Origin: Acidimicrobiia bacterium
GTDB taxonomy: Bacteria > Actinomycetota > Acidimicrobiia > Spongiisociales > Spongiisociaceae
DNA length: 59,550 nucleotides
Assembly: GCA_011523395.1 (NCBI GenBank)
Contig: WTGW01000006.1
Coordinates: forward strand, 1 to 59,550
Reading direction: 5' to 3'
Below, in pieces: positions 10,149 through 20,910 of the stretch; positions within the stretch are counted from its first letter, which is position 1, and every line of letters starts with the position of its first letter. The position numbers and the translations under genes were made by a program. The notes below the pieces were generated by a model. It did not search any database and was not told where the DNA came from. It worked only from the letters and a program-made list of their open reading frames with translations.

Positions 10149-11941
10149 GTCCTCCAGCTGACCAAGCTGTCGTGGGCGGTCCGGCGCTCGCAGCCGGATC
10201 TCTGCACGATGCCGAGCTCGTCCGGTTCAACCGTGGTGTTCGTGCATCCGCCCGCATCGTAGGCCTGGTAGGTCACGCGACCGCGGTCCACCGGGACAGG
10301 CTCGCCGTCGAGGCTGAGGGCGGACGGCTCGCTCCACCGTACTTCGATGGGAGGGTCGTCGCATCGGGTGAAGAGCTCGGACCACACGACCGGCGACCGA
10401 AGGTGGTCGCCGTCGCACAGGAGGTAGCGCACCAGCACGTCCTCGCCGGTGTCGAGACCCTCGATCCTGGCCGGCCACCGGCTCGGGCCCTGGACGCCGG
10501 GGCTACCCGGTCCGATGGTGAGCCGGTACCGGGCACCCGGCTCCCAGGCGAAATCTCTGGTGTTCGGGTCGAGGGGAGTGGACGGCAGGGACGACTCGGT
10601 TCCCGGCAGGATGGCGCCACCGTGGTCGTATCCACCCCAGTTGACGGCCAGGTTCCGGGGATGGCGGGGATTCCACTGGAGCCCGGTGTGGGCGCCTCCT
10701 TCGTGGCGGGTGGGCGACCAGAAGGATGCCTGAATCGCGAAGAAGGCCAGGCGGCTGACCGCCGGTGGCTCCAGCACTTCCAGGACCACCGAGACGGACG
10801 CCAGGGGGACATCGGGAACATCCCACCAGACATGGAACGAGGAAGCCCCGTTCGGAGACGGTGGCAACCCCCGGTCGCGCACGGGATCCGAGGCCACCGG
10901 TTCGAAACGCGCTCGGGGAGCGTCGGCGGGGTGTGCCGGCTCGGACAGAGCGACAACCATCTCCGGGTCGATCTCCACGAGCACGCGGGTCCCTCTAGGA
11001 GGGCCGGTACCCGCGGTCTGGACGACAAGAGGATGACCGGAGCAGTCCACCTCCACACGGGTCTGCCCGGCCACGAAGGTGGTCGCGTCCACCGTCCCGG
11101 CCAGGCTCCCGGTCGGACTCAAGGCAGCGCCATCGGGCCGGATGACCACCCGGTGGCGGCCGTCCGGAAGGTGCGTGGGAATGGCGCCCCACCGGGAGGT
11201 GGCGGAACCGGATTCGACCGCTAAATCGGCGAAGTTCTCGAACCCGAGGAAGCGGGCCACGAACTCGGTGGCCGGGCGGCTCCATAGTTCCTCAGGGGTG
11301 TCGACCTGGCGTATCCGACCCCGGTGCAATATCGCCACCCGGTCGGCGATGGCAAAGGCCTCGTCCTGGTCGTGGGTGACGTAGAGGGCCGTGATGCCTA
11401 TCCGGCGCAGGAGTTCGGACAGTTCCGGGACCAGACGGGCGCGCAGGGCCCGGTCAAGGGCGCCCACCGGTTCGTCGAGCATCAAGAGGGCCGGTTCGGG
11501 CGCCAGCGACCGGGCCAGGGCGACCCGCTGCTGCTCGCCACCCGAGAGGGAGTCGACTCCGCGGTCGCCGTAGTCGCCGAGGTCGACCCACGAGAGCACC
11601 TCCTCCACCCGTTCGCGGATGGCCCGCCGGTCCCTTCCCTGCATCCGGAGTCCGAAGGTCACGTTCTCGGTCACGTTCAGGTGGGGGAACAGCGCGTAGT
11701 CCTGGAACATCAGGCCCACCCCCCGGCGGTGAACGTCGACGCGGGTGATGTCGCGCGACGCCAACTCGACACGCCCTGCTGCTGGCTTCTCGAGGCCGGC
11801 GATCACCCGCAGGAGGCTCGACTTTCCCGAGCCTGACGGCCCCAGTACGGCCATCACCTCCCCGGATCCCACCGACAGGTCGATACCGTCCAGGGCGCGG
11901 TGCTTCCCGTAGTCCAGCGTGATGCCGGTGATCTCGAGCAT
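10145..11941 (-). CDS. thiQ: Thiamine ABC transporter ATP-binding subunit fused to an unknown ~250-aa C-terminal domain (598 aa)
   Basis: [33 protein letters not shown]-like region, then an in-frame extra domain; ATG 11941 overlaps the thiP stop and its own stop overlaps the thiD start. Confidence 0.85.
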   Translation of the reverse strand: MLEITGITLDYGKHRALDGIDLSVGSGEVMAVLGPSGSGKSSLLRVIAGLEKPAAGRVELASRDITRVDVHRRGVGLMFQDYALFPHLNVTENVTFGLRMQGRDRRAIRERVEEVLSWVDLGDYGDRGVDSLSGGEQQRVALARSLAPEPALLMLDEPVGALDRALRARLVPELSELLRRIGITALYVTHDQDEAFAIADRVAILHRGRIRQVDTPEELWSRPATEFVARFLGFENFADLAVESGSATSRWGAIPTHLPDGRHRVVIRPDGAALSPTGSLAGTVDATTFVAGQTRVEVDCSGHPLVVQTAGTGPPRGTRVLVEIDPEMVVALSEPAHPADAPRARFEPVASDPVRDRGLPPSPNGASSFHVWWDVPDVPLASVSVVLEVLEPPAVSRLAFFAIQASFWSPTRHEGGAHTGLQWNPRHPRNLAVNWGGYDHGGAILPGTESSLPSTPLDPNTRDFAWEPGARYRLTIGPGSPGVQGPSRWPARIEGLDTGEDVLVRYLLCDGDHLRSPVVWSELFTRCDDPPIEVRWSEPSALSLDGEPVPVDRGRVTYQAYDAGGCTNTTVEPDELGIVQRSGCERRTAHDSLVSWRT

Positions 11942-13575
11942 CAGAACTCCCCGAGCCCAGCGACCCGGTAGCGGTCGATGGCCATGATTATCACTGTCGT
12001 GAGGAGCATCAGGACGGTACTCAGGGCCAGCGCCTGCCCGAGGTTGGCCGCCCCCGGCTGGCCGAGTAGGCGGAAGATTGCGGTCGGGATGGTCGGCCGG
12101 CCGGGCCGGATTAGGAAGGCGGTTGCGCCGAACTCGCCGAGTGACACGGCGGCCGCGAAACCGGCCCCGACCATTGCGGCCCGGCTGATGATCGGCAGTT
12201 CCACCTCCCGGAAGACCCGCCGGGGCGAGGCTCCGAGGATGGCCGCCGCCTCGCGGAGGCGGGGCTGCACCGACCGGAGGACCGGGGTCACGGTGCGGAT
12301 CACGAACGGCGCCGCGACGACCGAATGGGCCAGGGGTATCAGCCAGATCGAGGTACGGAGATCCACCGGCCAGTCGAAGGCGACCAGGAACCCGAAGCCG
12401 ATCGTGACGGCCGACGTGCCGAGCGGGAGCATCAGGAAGGTGTCGAGCCGCGCGCCCAACCGGCCGGGGCGCCGCGCGATCACCACGGCCGCGACGAGCC
12501 CGGCCGCCACGGCGGGCACCACGGCGGCCGCTGCGAACCACAACGAGTTCACGATCGCCTCGGCAGGGTCGACGAAGGGGGTAGCGCCTCGGACCAGGCT
12601 CGCGTAGTGGTCCAGACCCGGCCCGGCCGACGTGCGCAGCGATCGCCACATCAGCGTGCCGATCGGGGCGCCCAGGTAGAGGACCATCGAGGCGATGGTC
12701 CCTCCCACGACCAGGTACTGACCCGGGGTGGCGGGGCGGCGGGCCACGGTTCGGCTCGAACGCAGGGGGAGGCGCCGGGCGTGGCGCTGCTGGAGCCGGG
12801 TGTACGCCCACAGGGCCGTAGCCACACCCGCCATCTGGACCAGCGCCAGGGCAGCCGAGGCGGCCAGGTCCAGGTTGATGGTGGCCTCCCGCCAGACCGC
12901 CACCTCGATGGTGGCGTAGCTGAAACCCCCCAGGATCAGCACCACCCCGAACGACGTGAAGGTGAACAGGAAGACGATGGAGGCGGCCGCCGCGATCGAA
13001 GGGAACAGGAGGGGTAGCGTGACAGCCAGGAACGCCCGCGCCCGGTTGGCGCCCAACGCCCGGGCCGCCTCCTCGATCCTCGGATCGATGAGCTCCCAGA
13101 AGCTGCCCACGATGCGGACCACCACGGCGTAGTTGAAGAACACGTGGGCGATGAGGATCGCCCAGGCCGTCTGGCGCAGATCCACCCCGAGCGGGCCACC
13201 CGGTCCGAGAAGGGCCAGGTAGGCGGCTCCCACGACCACTGTCGGCAACACGAACGGGACCGTCACCGCCGCCCTCAGCAACCTCCTGCCGAAGAACGAG
13301 TACCTGGAGAGGACGTAGGCGCCCGGTAGGGCGAACAGCAGGGTGGCCATGGTGGAGACCGTGGCCTGCCAGACCGTGAACCAGGCGGCCCGCCGCAGCG
13401 AGCCCTTGGTGGCGATCTCCACGAAGGGCGACAGGTCGAGTTGCCCATCCAGGGTCAGGCTGCGCAGCACCACCCGCACCAGCGGGTATGCGAAGAACAG
13501 CCCGAAGAAGGCGAGCGGGACGGCGACCAGCCACCGTCCGGCGCCGGACTTCAGGAGGCTACGACCTCGATCCAT
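11941..13575 (-). CDS. thiP: Thiamine ABC transporter permease (two BPD_transp_1 halves)
   Basis: About 12 TM helices, two EAA loops (EEAARALGA, EAAAILGA), within the TPP operon. Confidence 0.9.
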   Translation of the reverse strand: MDRGRSLLKSGAGRWLVAVPLAFFGLFFAYPLVRVVLRSLTLDGQLDLSPFVEIATKGSLRRAAWFTVWQATVSTMATLLFALPGAYVLSRYSFFGRRLLRAAVTVPFVLPTVVVGAAYLALLGPGGPLGVDLRQTAWAILIAHVFFNYAVVVRIVGSFWELIDPRIEEAARALGANRARAFLAVTLPLLFPSIAAAASIVFLFTFTSFGVVLILGGFSYATIEVAVWREATINLDLAASAALALVQMAGVATALWAYTRLQQRHARRLPLRSSRTVARRPATPGQYLVVGGTIASMVLYLGAPIGTLMWRSLRTSAGPGLDHYASLVRGATPFVDPAEAIVNSLWFAAAAVVPAVAAGLVAAVVIARRPGRLGARLDTFLMLPLGTSAVTIGFGFLVAFDWPVDLRTSIWLIPLAHSVVAAPFVIRTVTPVLRSVQPRLREAAAILGASPRRVFREVELPIISRAAMVGAGFAAAVSLGEFGATAFLIRPGRPTIPTAIFRLLGQPGAANLGQALALSTVLMLLTTVIIMAIDRYRVAGLGEF

Positions 13576-14600
13576 TCCTCGATCCAGCGGGAACGGTTGG
13601 CGTCGATCTCCTCGGGAGCCACGGTGGCCGGATCATCCGGTATCTCCGTGTACCGGACGAACTCGTCGGGCAATCCAGCCTTCTCATTGGCGGGGAAAAC
13701 GAACATGTTGAGCGGTATGTCCTCCTGGAAGGTGAGCCCGAGCATGAAGTCGACCAGTTGCCGGGCCGCGTTGGGGACCGGCGTCCCGGCCAGGACCCCG
13801 GCGAACTCGATCTGGCGGAAGCAACCGGCCAGCACCACACCGGTGGGCGCCTCGGTGACCGGCGGGTCGGCGTATATGACCTCCGCCGGCGGGGAGGATG
13901 CATACGACACCACGATAGGACGGTCGCCTTCCCCCGATCCGCCGGAGAAGGCCCCGTAGTAGGCGTCCTCCCATCCGGCGGTTACCAGCACGTCGTTGGC
14001 GACGAGGTCCGCCCAGAAGCTCTGCCACGGGTAGTCACCGTCCTCGCCGAAAGTGGCGACGGTCGCCAGCAGGAAGGCCAGGCCCGGGGACGACGTGCCC
14101 GGATGTTCCACCACCAGCAGCCCGGCGTACTCCGGGCTGGTCAGGTCCCTCAGCGTCGAGGGTGGCTCGAGGCCCATCCCCGCCAGCCCGGCTATGTCGT
14201 AGTTGAGGCACACATCGCCGAAGTCGATCGGCGTCACCCGGGAGTCCAGCTTCAAGGAGTCGGGGACGTCGGCGAGTCCCGGCGACTCGTATTCCACGAA
14301 CAGGTCCTCGGCAAGCGCGCGGCCCAGGAAAGTGTTGTCGATCCCGAACATCACGTCCGCCACCGGGTTGTCCTTCGTGAGCACCGCCTGGTTCACCATC
14401 GTGCCGGCATCGCCGGCCTCCAGGTGCTCGACCGTGTGGCCGGTCTCCGCCTCGAACTGCTCCAGCGTGCCCTCGCTGACGTAGAACGAGTCGTGGGTGA
14501 CCAGCCGGATGGTCTGGGGCCCCTCGTCCTCGGGCGTGTCATCGGCACACCCGGCCGCGACCAGCATCAGCGCCGCCAGCGCGATCCCTAGTCTTCTCAT
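13551..14600 (-). CDS. thiB: Thiamine ABC transporter substrate-binding lipoprotein
   Basis: Lipobox VAAGC, THDSF, GIDNTF, SSPGLAFL, SYASSP, CFRQIEFAG; TPP riboswitch upstream. Confidence 0.92.
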   Translation of the reverse strand: MRRLGIALAALMLVAAGCADDTPEDEGPQTIRLVTHDSFYVSEGTLEQFEAETGHTVEHLEAGDAGTMVNQAVLTKDNPVADVMFGIDNTFLGRALAEDLFVEYESPGLADVPDSLKLDSRVTPIDFGDVCLNYDIAGLAGMGLEPPSTLRDLTSPEYAGLLVVEHPGTSSPGLAFLLATVATFGEDGDYPWQSFWADLVANDVLVTAGWEDAYYGAFSGGSGEGDRPIVVSYASSPPAEVIYADPPVTEAPTGVVLAGCFRQIEFAGVLAGTPVPNAARQLVDFMLGLTFQEDIPLNMFVFPANEKAGLPDEFVRYTEIPDDPATVAPEEIDANRSRWIEEWIEVVAS

Positions 14601-14640
14601 GCGCGCAACCTCCCGCCTTGTGGGGTTTCGGGAGGGCGAG

Positions 14641-14731
14641 ATCACTTCCTTCGCCGGTATTACCCGGATCAGGTTCTACGGTCGGAGATGCAGTCTCCCT
14701 CTCAGCTCTTCCCGGGCTCCCGTGTGTGAGG
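14641..14731 (-). ncRNA. TPP (THI-box) riboswitch
   Basis: Minus strand CACGGGAGC...CTGAGAG...GACCGTAGAACCTGATCCGGGTAATACCGGCGAAGGAAGTG; downstream CCTCCCG/CGGGAGG stem (14609-14635) covers the thiB Shine-Dalgarno, implying translational control. Confidence 0.95.
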
Positions 14732-14737
14732 CCTACC

Positions 14738-16406
14738 TTACACCGGGGTGGTCGATGGATGGAGCGTGAGCACGAGGGTGGCCCTGCTGTAGTCGCCGTC
14801 GGTCCCCACGGCCAGAGCCATCGGGCCCAACCATTGCGACAGCATCGAGAGCAGTCCGTCATCCGACCCGATCCCGGCGGAACCTATCCGGTCGATGACG
14901 CTCGCAAGGTCGACGTAGGCCAGGAGAAGCGGGTCGTAGGAGATGTGCTCCACGGTCCGGCGGTACCGATCGGTGTCGGATACCGCCTCTCTCGTTCCCT
15001 GCTGGACGGCCACCGTGGTCTTGAGCGCGTCCGTACCGGTTCCGATCGTGAGGAACCCGCCATGGAGGAGGTATCCGAGGGAGGGCGTCCCGTCCTCCAT
15101 CAGGCGCGCAGGCCGGCCGGCGCCCGGGAGTTGGTGCAGGGACACCCCCGTCAGCGAGGTGACACCGCCCGCGATGCCGTCCATCGTCCCTGCCAGGGCG
15201 TTCGCGGACAGGGGCCGGTAGGACAGCGCGGCCACCACCTCGACGGAAGAGCCCTCGCGGTCCGGGCTGTGGGCGGCGATGACCAGTTGGCCGCGCAGAT
15301 GGTCGAACAGGTCCGCCTCGGCATCGAGCCCGGTTCCGAGGTCCACGAATCCCAGGGCGAGGTCCAGGGCATCGGCCAGCGTGGCGCCCTGATCGAAGCC
15401 GCCGCCATCCTCATCCGACGGTGGGTCGAACAGGTAGCCGCCGGGTATCAGACCGGCTATCTCGCACCCGTCCAGGACCTCCCGCCAGCGGTCGATGTCG
15501 GGGTCGAACCCTATGGAGACGAACCCCAACGCACCGGCCGGGACGATGGCGTCGGTGACATCGGCCGAGGTATCGGTCCACCAGCTGGTCACATCCGGCG
15601 TCGCCAGGTCGACGACCAGACCGTCACCGATCCAATCGGCCGAGACCATCAACCATTCGGGCGTGTCGAACGGAACTCCGGAACAGAGGCTGCGATCGGG
15701 ATCACCCATCCGCCCGGCTAGCCATGCCAGGTCCACGTACGCCGACGCGAAACGTCCGTCACGCGCCGCGGCCCGTGCCTCCTCGAAGCGCCGGGTGGAA
15801 CCGAGGGTCTCTGGATGATCACCGTCGATCCTTCCCAGTATCTCTTCAAGCAGCCCGCTGTCGGTGCCGAAGAGCAGGAGGTCCCCGGCCCTGCTCCTCC
15901 ATCCACCCGTTGCCACTTCCTACCCAGAGAACGCCATCATCGACGACGCTGCGCTCGAAGGAAGTGGACGTCCTCTCCTCCTGCTTCCGGAGCCAACTCC
16001 GCAGGAACTCGGCAGCGGCATCCCTGTCGCTCACGCCCACGGCGACCGCGACGCCGATCTCGCCGTCCTCCAGGTCGACCAGCGCCGCCGACACCTCGGT
16101 CCCTAACCAGGTGCCCAGTTCCCCCAAGATGGTCCCGATGGCGTCGGGCAGAGTGCTGTCTCCTTCGGCTGCTGACCCGAGGGCCCCCTCGAGTTGATCG
16201 AACAGGAGAGGAATGATCCCGGTTGGACTCTCTCCACTCCCCAGATCCAGCCATACGTAAGCGACGGCGTCCTCCGGGTAGTAAGAGGCGGATGCCTCCG
16301 CCGGTGTCACGGAGCGGGGAGGGTCGGCGCGAAAGGCCCGCCAGACCCACACGGACGCGATGGCGGCCGTCACCAGCGCGATAGCGATCATCTCTTTACG
16401 AGTCAC
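14738..16406 (-). pseudogene. Membrane-anchored DUF3352-like protein split by a frameshift near 15890
   Basis: ORFs 15846-16406 (N-terminal TM, YYPEDAVAYVWLD) and 14738-15916 overlap in different frames and read as one protein across EEQ/AGDLLLFGTD; family call tentative. Confidence 0.6.
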
Positions 16407-16546
16407 GGGTCACCACGGTACTGAAGGACCGCGACAAACGGTACCGGCCATCCGAATCGACGGCCGACGGATGATCCCCGCCCGGGGATCGCCGGCTCGG
16501 CCATAATCAACGGAACCGAAGCATCGACCCGATCACGGCTGCCGGC

Positions 16547-17356
16547 ATGGGAGAGCACATGTCAACCAGTTCATCCCGCCCCGTACTCCGCGTCAGCGAG
16601 GAGGGTCGAGCGGCGCTCACCGACCTGTTGCCGACCGAGGATCCGGTCGAGTTCCGGCTCCAAGGAGTCCCGATCGCGGTCCTGATGCGGACTCCGGGTC
16701 ATGACGAGGAGCTGGCCCGGGGGTTCGCCCTCACCGAGGGCATCATCCTGCACCCGAAGGAGCTGGCCGAAGTCCGGGCGCTGCCGGGCCTGGACGGGGC
16801 AGGACGCTACGACCTGGTCCTCGCCGACGGGATCCATGTCGACGAGGAGCAGTTCCGCCGCAACCTCTACGCCACCTCTTCATGCGGGGTGTGCGGCAAG
16901 GCCTCCATCGACGCGGTCCGCGTGGCGGCGCCGTCCCTCCCGGCCGGTCCCGTCATTCCTGGTGGCATGCTGCTGGACCTCGTGGAGTCGATGCGCGCGG
17001 CCCAGGCCGGTTTCGACGCCACCGGGGGGCTCCACGCCGCCGCCGCCTTCACCGGCGACGGCGACTTCCTGGGTGCCCGCGAGGACGTGGGCCGGCACAA
17101 CGCCATGGACAAGCTGGTCGGCCGTCTCTCGTCCCGCCGCTGGCCGATGGGGGAGATGGTCGTCACCGTCTCCGGCCGGGTCTCGTTCGAGCTGGTGCAG
17201 AAGGCGGCGGTCGCCGGGATCAGCATCCTGGCCGGCGTCTCGGCCGCCTCCTCACTGGCGGTGGATCTCGCCGGCGAGCTGGGCCTGACCGTGGCGGGCT
17301 TCGTCAGGCCGGGCGGCTTCAACCTCTACACCCATCCCCACCGCATAGCCCCCTGA
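16547..17356 (+). CDS. fdhD: Formate dehydrogenase accessory sulfurtransferase
   Basis: MRTPG, SSCGVCGK, TGGLHAA, REDVGRHNAMDK. Confidence 0.95.
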   Translation: MGEHMSTSSSRPVLRVSEEGRAALTDLLPTEDPVEFRLQGVPIAVLMRTPGHDEELARGFALTEGIILHPKELAEVRALPGLDGAGRYDLVLADGIHVDEEQFRRNLYATSSCGVCGKASIDAVRVAAPSLPAGPVIPGGMLLDLVESMRAAQAGFDATGGLHAAAAFTGDGDFLGAREDVGRHNAMDKLVGRLSSRRWPMGEMVVTVSGRVSFELVQKAAVAGISILAGVSAASSLAVDLAGELGLTVAGFVRPGGFNLYTHPHRIAP

Positions 17357-17464
17357 GGGGTGGAACCCTCCTGCCAACATGCCCCGGGTCGTCGCCGTCG
17401 TCCTGGACGTCCTGCGCCCTGGACATCCGTCAATGGCTGATGAAAGGTAGGCAGCGCCGTTACG

Positions 17465-18115
17465 ATGACGTGGGTGGGGTCCACATCGGAAGTCGATCAG
17501 AATCGAAGGGCCTTCCGCGAGGCCGGGGCCTTCTTCGTTGAAACCGTCGGCCGGGTACCGCCGCACGCCCTGGACGATCCCGGGCTGGGGGTGTGGAGCG
17601 TTCGCGAGCTGATCGGGCACACCTGCCGCGCCCTCCTCGCGGTGGAGCACGGTTCGGGTAGTGAGCCCGGCATACCGGCTCGGCTGGCCCGCCCGGCGGA
17701 CTACTTCTGCGAGGCGTTGAAGGACACAAGCATCCATGACGCCATTGCCGAGGGCGGGGCTGGCGCCGCCGCCGCCCTGGGCGAGGACGTGTCAACGGCT
17801 GTGGCCGGAATCGTGGACGGTGTTTTCCGCTTCGTGGATTCGCTGCCCGACGATCACCCGGTAGGTACGCCGTGGGGCGAGATGCGGCTCGCCGACTACC
17901 TGCCGACCAGGACCTTCGAGTTGGTGGTCCATACCCTCGATCTAGCGGGGGCGCTGGGCCGGGCCAGCCGGGTACCCGAGCCGGCGTTGTCGGTTGCGCT
18001 GGGGTTGCTCACCGAGGCCGCAGCCCGCACGGGACGGGCCGAAGAACTGCTGATGGCCCTAGCCGGCCGGGCGCCGCTCCGCTCGAATCTCCTCGCCCTG
18101 GGACCGGACTCCTAG
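17465..18115 (+). CDS. Maleylpyruvate isomerase family (mycothiol-dependent, DinB-like) protein
   Basis: WSVRELIGH and [12 protein letters not shown] metal-binding motifs. Confidence 0.8.
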   Translation: MTWVGSTSEVDQNRRAFREAGAFFVETVGRVPPHALDDPGLGVWSVRELIGHTCRALLAVEHGSGSEPGIPARLARPADYFCEALKDTSIHDAIAEGGAGAAAALGEDVSTAVAGIVDGVFRFVDSLPDDHPVGTPWGEMRLADYLPTRTFELVVHTLDLAGALGRASRVPEPALSVALGLLTEAAARTGRAEELLMALAGRAPLRSNLLALGPDS

Positions 18116-18600
18116 CCGTGCTCGGTGTCTCCGGCCAGCAGCTGGAGGATGTGGGGCAGTAGCGGTTCGAGGGCGCCCATGCCCTCGGCCACGGCTTTGG
18201 GGCTGCCGGGGAGGTTGACCACCAGGCAGGCGCTGATCACGCCCGCCACGCCGCGTGACAGGGCGGCCATGGGCGTGTGGCGCAGGCCTTCCGCCCGGAT
18301 CAGCTCCGCCAGGCCGGCCGCCGGACGGTCGATCAGGGACGCGGTGGCCTCGGGCGTCACGTCCCTGGGCCCGAAGCCCGTGCCACCGGTGGTGACGATC
18401 AGACTGCTTCGCGGGGCCAGCCGCGCCAGCAAGTCCTCGATCAGCTCCCGATCATCCGAGACCAGATGGCGGTCGACCCGGAAGCCCAGGCCGGAGAGCC
18501 GGGCGGCCAGGACGTCGCCGGACGTGTCTGCCCGGGTCCCGTGGGTCACCCCGTCGCTGACGGTCACCGCAGATGCCTTGATGGTGTCCATGGCCCCCAT
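18112..18600 (-). CDS. moaB: MogA/MoaB family molybdenum cofactor biosynthesis protein
   Basis: [29 protein letters not shown]; start could also be 18591. Confidence 0.88.
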   Translation of the reverse strand: MGAMDTIKASAVTVSDGVTHGTRADTSGDVLAARLSGLGFRVDRHLVSDDRELIEDLLARLAPRSSLIVTTGGTGFGPRDVTPEATASLIDRPAAGLAELIRAEGLRHTPMAALSRGVAGVISACLVVNLPGSPKAVAEGMGALEPLLPHILQLLAGDTEHG

Positions 18601-18664
18601 GGTACGGGACCGTCGCGCCACCTCGGTCGCCCGATGCCGGTCCTGGGCGGGCTAGCCTGCCCGC

Positions 18665-19462
18665 GTGTCCTGGATCCTCCTCACCAACGACGACGGCGTG
18701 GACAGTCCCGCCCTGCCGGCCTTCCGCGCCGCCCTCCGGTCGCTGGGGGATGTGCGCACGGTGGTCCCGTCGGGGCAGCGGAGCTGGATCGGGAAGGCCC
18801 TGACCCGTTTCGAGCCCATCGAGGTGGCCGAGGTGGACCAGGACGGCGCCACCGTCGTAACCGTGTCGGGCACTCCCGCCGATGCCGTGCAGGTGGCGGC
18901 CGGCTACTTCGGGTCACCGCCGGACCTGGTGGTCTCCGGCATCAACATCGGCTACAACCACGGCGCCGGCTACATCATCAGCTCCGGGACGGTCGGCGCC
19001 GCCTTCGAAGGATGGGAACTCGGGATCCGGTCCGTGGCCTTCTCCGCCGGGGTGCGGGGACGCTGGCATACCTGGTACCCGATCATGCGATCCGCTGCCT
19101 CCGCGCCGGACTGGGAGCGCCTGGCGGCGGTCTGCGCCGACATCCTCGGCGATCTCCTCGAAGCGGACCTCCCCGCAGACGTGGTCACCGTCAACCTGCC
19201 GTGGGAGGCCGACCTCGCCACCCCCCGCAGGGTGGTGCCGCCCGCCCGGGTCACCTACGGACAGATGCACCATCGCCTCTCCGACGGGACCTACACCCAC
19301 AACTACCAGGAGGACTTCGGAGACGTCCCGCTGGACGGCACCGACATCGGCGTGAACCATGCGGGCGAGATCGCCATCACCCCCCTGATGGCCCCGGCCT
19401 CGCCCCCGGTCGCCGAGGAGGCCAGAGCCCGACTCGAACGCCCTGCGGGCGCGGCGACTTAG
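18665..19462 (+). CDS. surE: 5'/3'-nucleotidase SurE
   Basis: ILLTNDDG, GTPADAV, VSGINIG, SGTVGAA. Confidence 0.92.
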   Translation: MSWILLTNDDGVDSPALPAFRAALRSLGDVRTVVPSGQRSWIGKALTRFEPIEVAEVDQDGATVVTVSGTPADAVQVAAGYFGSPPDLVVSGINIGYNHGAGYIISSGTVGAAFEGWELGIRSVAFSAGVRGRWHTWYPIMRSAASAPDWERLAAVCADILGDLLEADLPADVVTVNLPWEADLATPRRVVPPARVTYGQMHHRLSDGTYTHNYQEDFGDVPLDGTDIGVNHAGEIAITPLMAPASPPVAEEARARLERPAGAAT

Positions 19463-19478
19463 CGAGAGAGGCCCGGAA

Positions 19479-19766
19479 ATGAGCTACAACGTTGATCGGA
19501 TTAGCCAGTCCAAGCTACCCACAGTGGTGGCGCTCGCCGCCCTGCTCATCGCTACCTGGATGGATTGGCAATGGGTCTGGGGAGTCTTCTTTCTGTACTG
19601 GGCAGTTCTCGGCATCATGACCGGACAGGCCTTCGTCGTGCGGACCGTCGACCAAGATGAGAGTCCCCTCCTGTTCTGGCTGATAAGCGTGACGTGGCTG
19701 GTGGTCGCCGCGCTGTCCATCTTCTACGACCTCTTCTCCGAGACCGCCCGCCTCTGGTTGGGATAG
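19479..19766 (+). CDS. Small three-TM hypothetical membrane protein, first gene of the Rieske cluster
   Basis: Hydrophobic, Trp-rich; ends 4 bp before the oxygenase gene. Confidence 0.7.
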   Translation: MSYNVDRISQSKLPTVVALAALLIATWMDWQWVWGVFFLYWAVLGIMTGQAFVVRTVDQDESPLLFWLISVTWLVVAALSIFYDLFSETARLWLG

Positions 19767-19770
19767 AGCC

Positions 19771-20910
19771 GTGGCCGACCGGAGAGGAATGCCCATCCTG
19801 CCCGTGGAGGCCTACACGTCGAGGGAGTGGTTCGACCGCGAGCAGGAGCGCATCTTCTCCCGCACCTGGGCTTGCGCCGGTCTCGCCGAGGATGTGACCG
19901 AGCCGGGCCGGTACGTGTCGGTCCAGGCCGGGCTGAACAACATCTTCATCGTGATGGGCAGGGACCGCCGGTTGCGGGCCTTCCACAACATCTGCCGGCA
20001 CCGGGGTACGCAGCTGCTCAGGGCGGTGGGCCAGACCCAGCGCGCCATCGTCTGCCCCTACCACGACTGGACCTATGACCTCGAGGGGCGCCTCGTCTCC
20101 GTGCCGGACCGCGAACGCCAGTTCCCGGGAGTCGACCTGGACTGCGTCAGCCTCAAGAAGGCCTCCGTGGACCTGTGGCGGGGGATGCTATGGGTGCATC
20201 CCGACGAGAACGCGGGTTCGATAATGGACTGGTTCGGCGAGGTGGAGCCGCACCTGGGGCCGCACGAGGTGGACGAGCTTCCCGAGTACGCGAAGGGCCG
20301 CACCGAGCACACCATCGCGGCCAACTGGAAGATCGTGGTCGAGAACTACATCGACGGATACCACCTGGCGCACCTCCACTCCGGGACGCTGGGGATGTAC
20401 GACCACTCGCGCATCGAGTCGGGATTCATCGGCCCGCACTTCGCGTTCTGGGAGCCCCTGGCGCCCGACTACGCCGAGAACGTCGAGAAGAACTCGCCCT
20501 ATCCGCTGGTCATTCCCGCCGACCAGGCGGGCGCGTGGGTGCCGATGCTCTTCCCCGGCATCGGGCTGGCGGAGACCGAGAGCACCTGGTCCCTGTTCCA
20601 TGTGAACCCCATCTCGCCCGACCGCACCCGGGTGGTCATCCGCACCAGGGTGGCCGCCGCTTCGTCCTGGGCCTTCACGCGCCAGGCGGCGCGCTCGAGA
20701 AGGTTCTGGACCAGGCGCGTCTCCGGGAAATACGAAGGGCACGGCGACGACCCCATGGCCTCGGGTGACTTCATGGCCGAGGACATATATGCCTGCGAGC
20801 AGCAGCAGCGGTCCCTTGGGAGCCCTTACTTCGAGCACGGCCCTTCGTCGGAGGGGGAGGCCGGGGTGCGGGCGCACCAGGAGCTGGTGCGGCGCTGGGT
20901 CGAGGGATAG
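19771..20910 (+). CDS. Rieske non-heme iron oxygenase, alpha subunit
   Basis: CRHRG...CPYH Rieske motif; ENYIDGYHxxxxH and EDxxACE mononuclear-iron ligands. Confidence 0.92.
   Translation: MADRRGMPILPVEAYTSREWFDREQERIFSRTWACAGLAEDVTEPGRYVSVQAGLNNIFIVMGRDRRLRAFHNICRHRGTQLLRAVGQTQRAIVCPYHDWTYDLEGRLVSVPDRERQFPGVDLDCVSLKKASVDLWRGMLWVHPDENAGSIMDWFGEVEPHLGPHEVDELPEYAKGRTEHTIAANWKIVVENYIDGYHLAHLHSGTLGMYDHSRIESGFIGPHFAFWEPLAPDYAENVEKNSPYPLVIPADQAGAWVPMLFPGIGLAETESTWSLFHVNPISPDRTRVVIRTRVAAASSWAFTRQAARSRRFWTRRVSGKYEGHGDDPMASGDFMAEDIYACEQQQRSLGSPYFEHGPSSEGEAGVRAHQELVRRWVEG

Noticed and set aside
10145-13534. 1129-aa ORF as a single protein
   Set aside because: The first ~530 aa are an off-frame read of thiP; the real gene starts at ATG 11941.
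16407-16546. Moco riboswitch upstream of fdhD
   Set aside because: Only short GC hairpins; I could not match the consensus.
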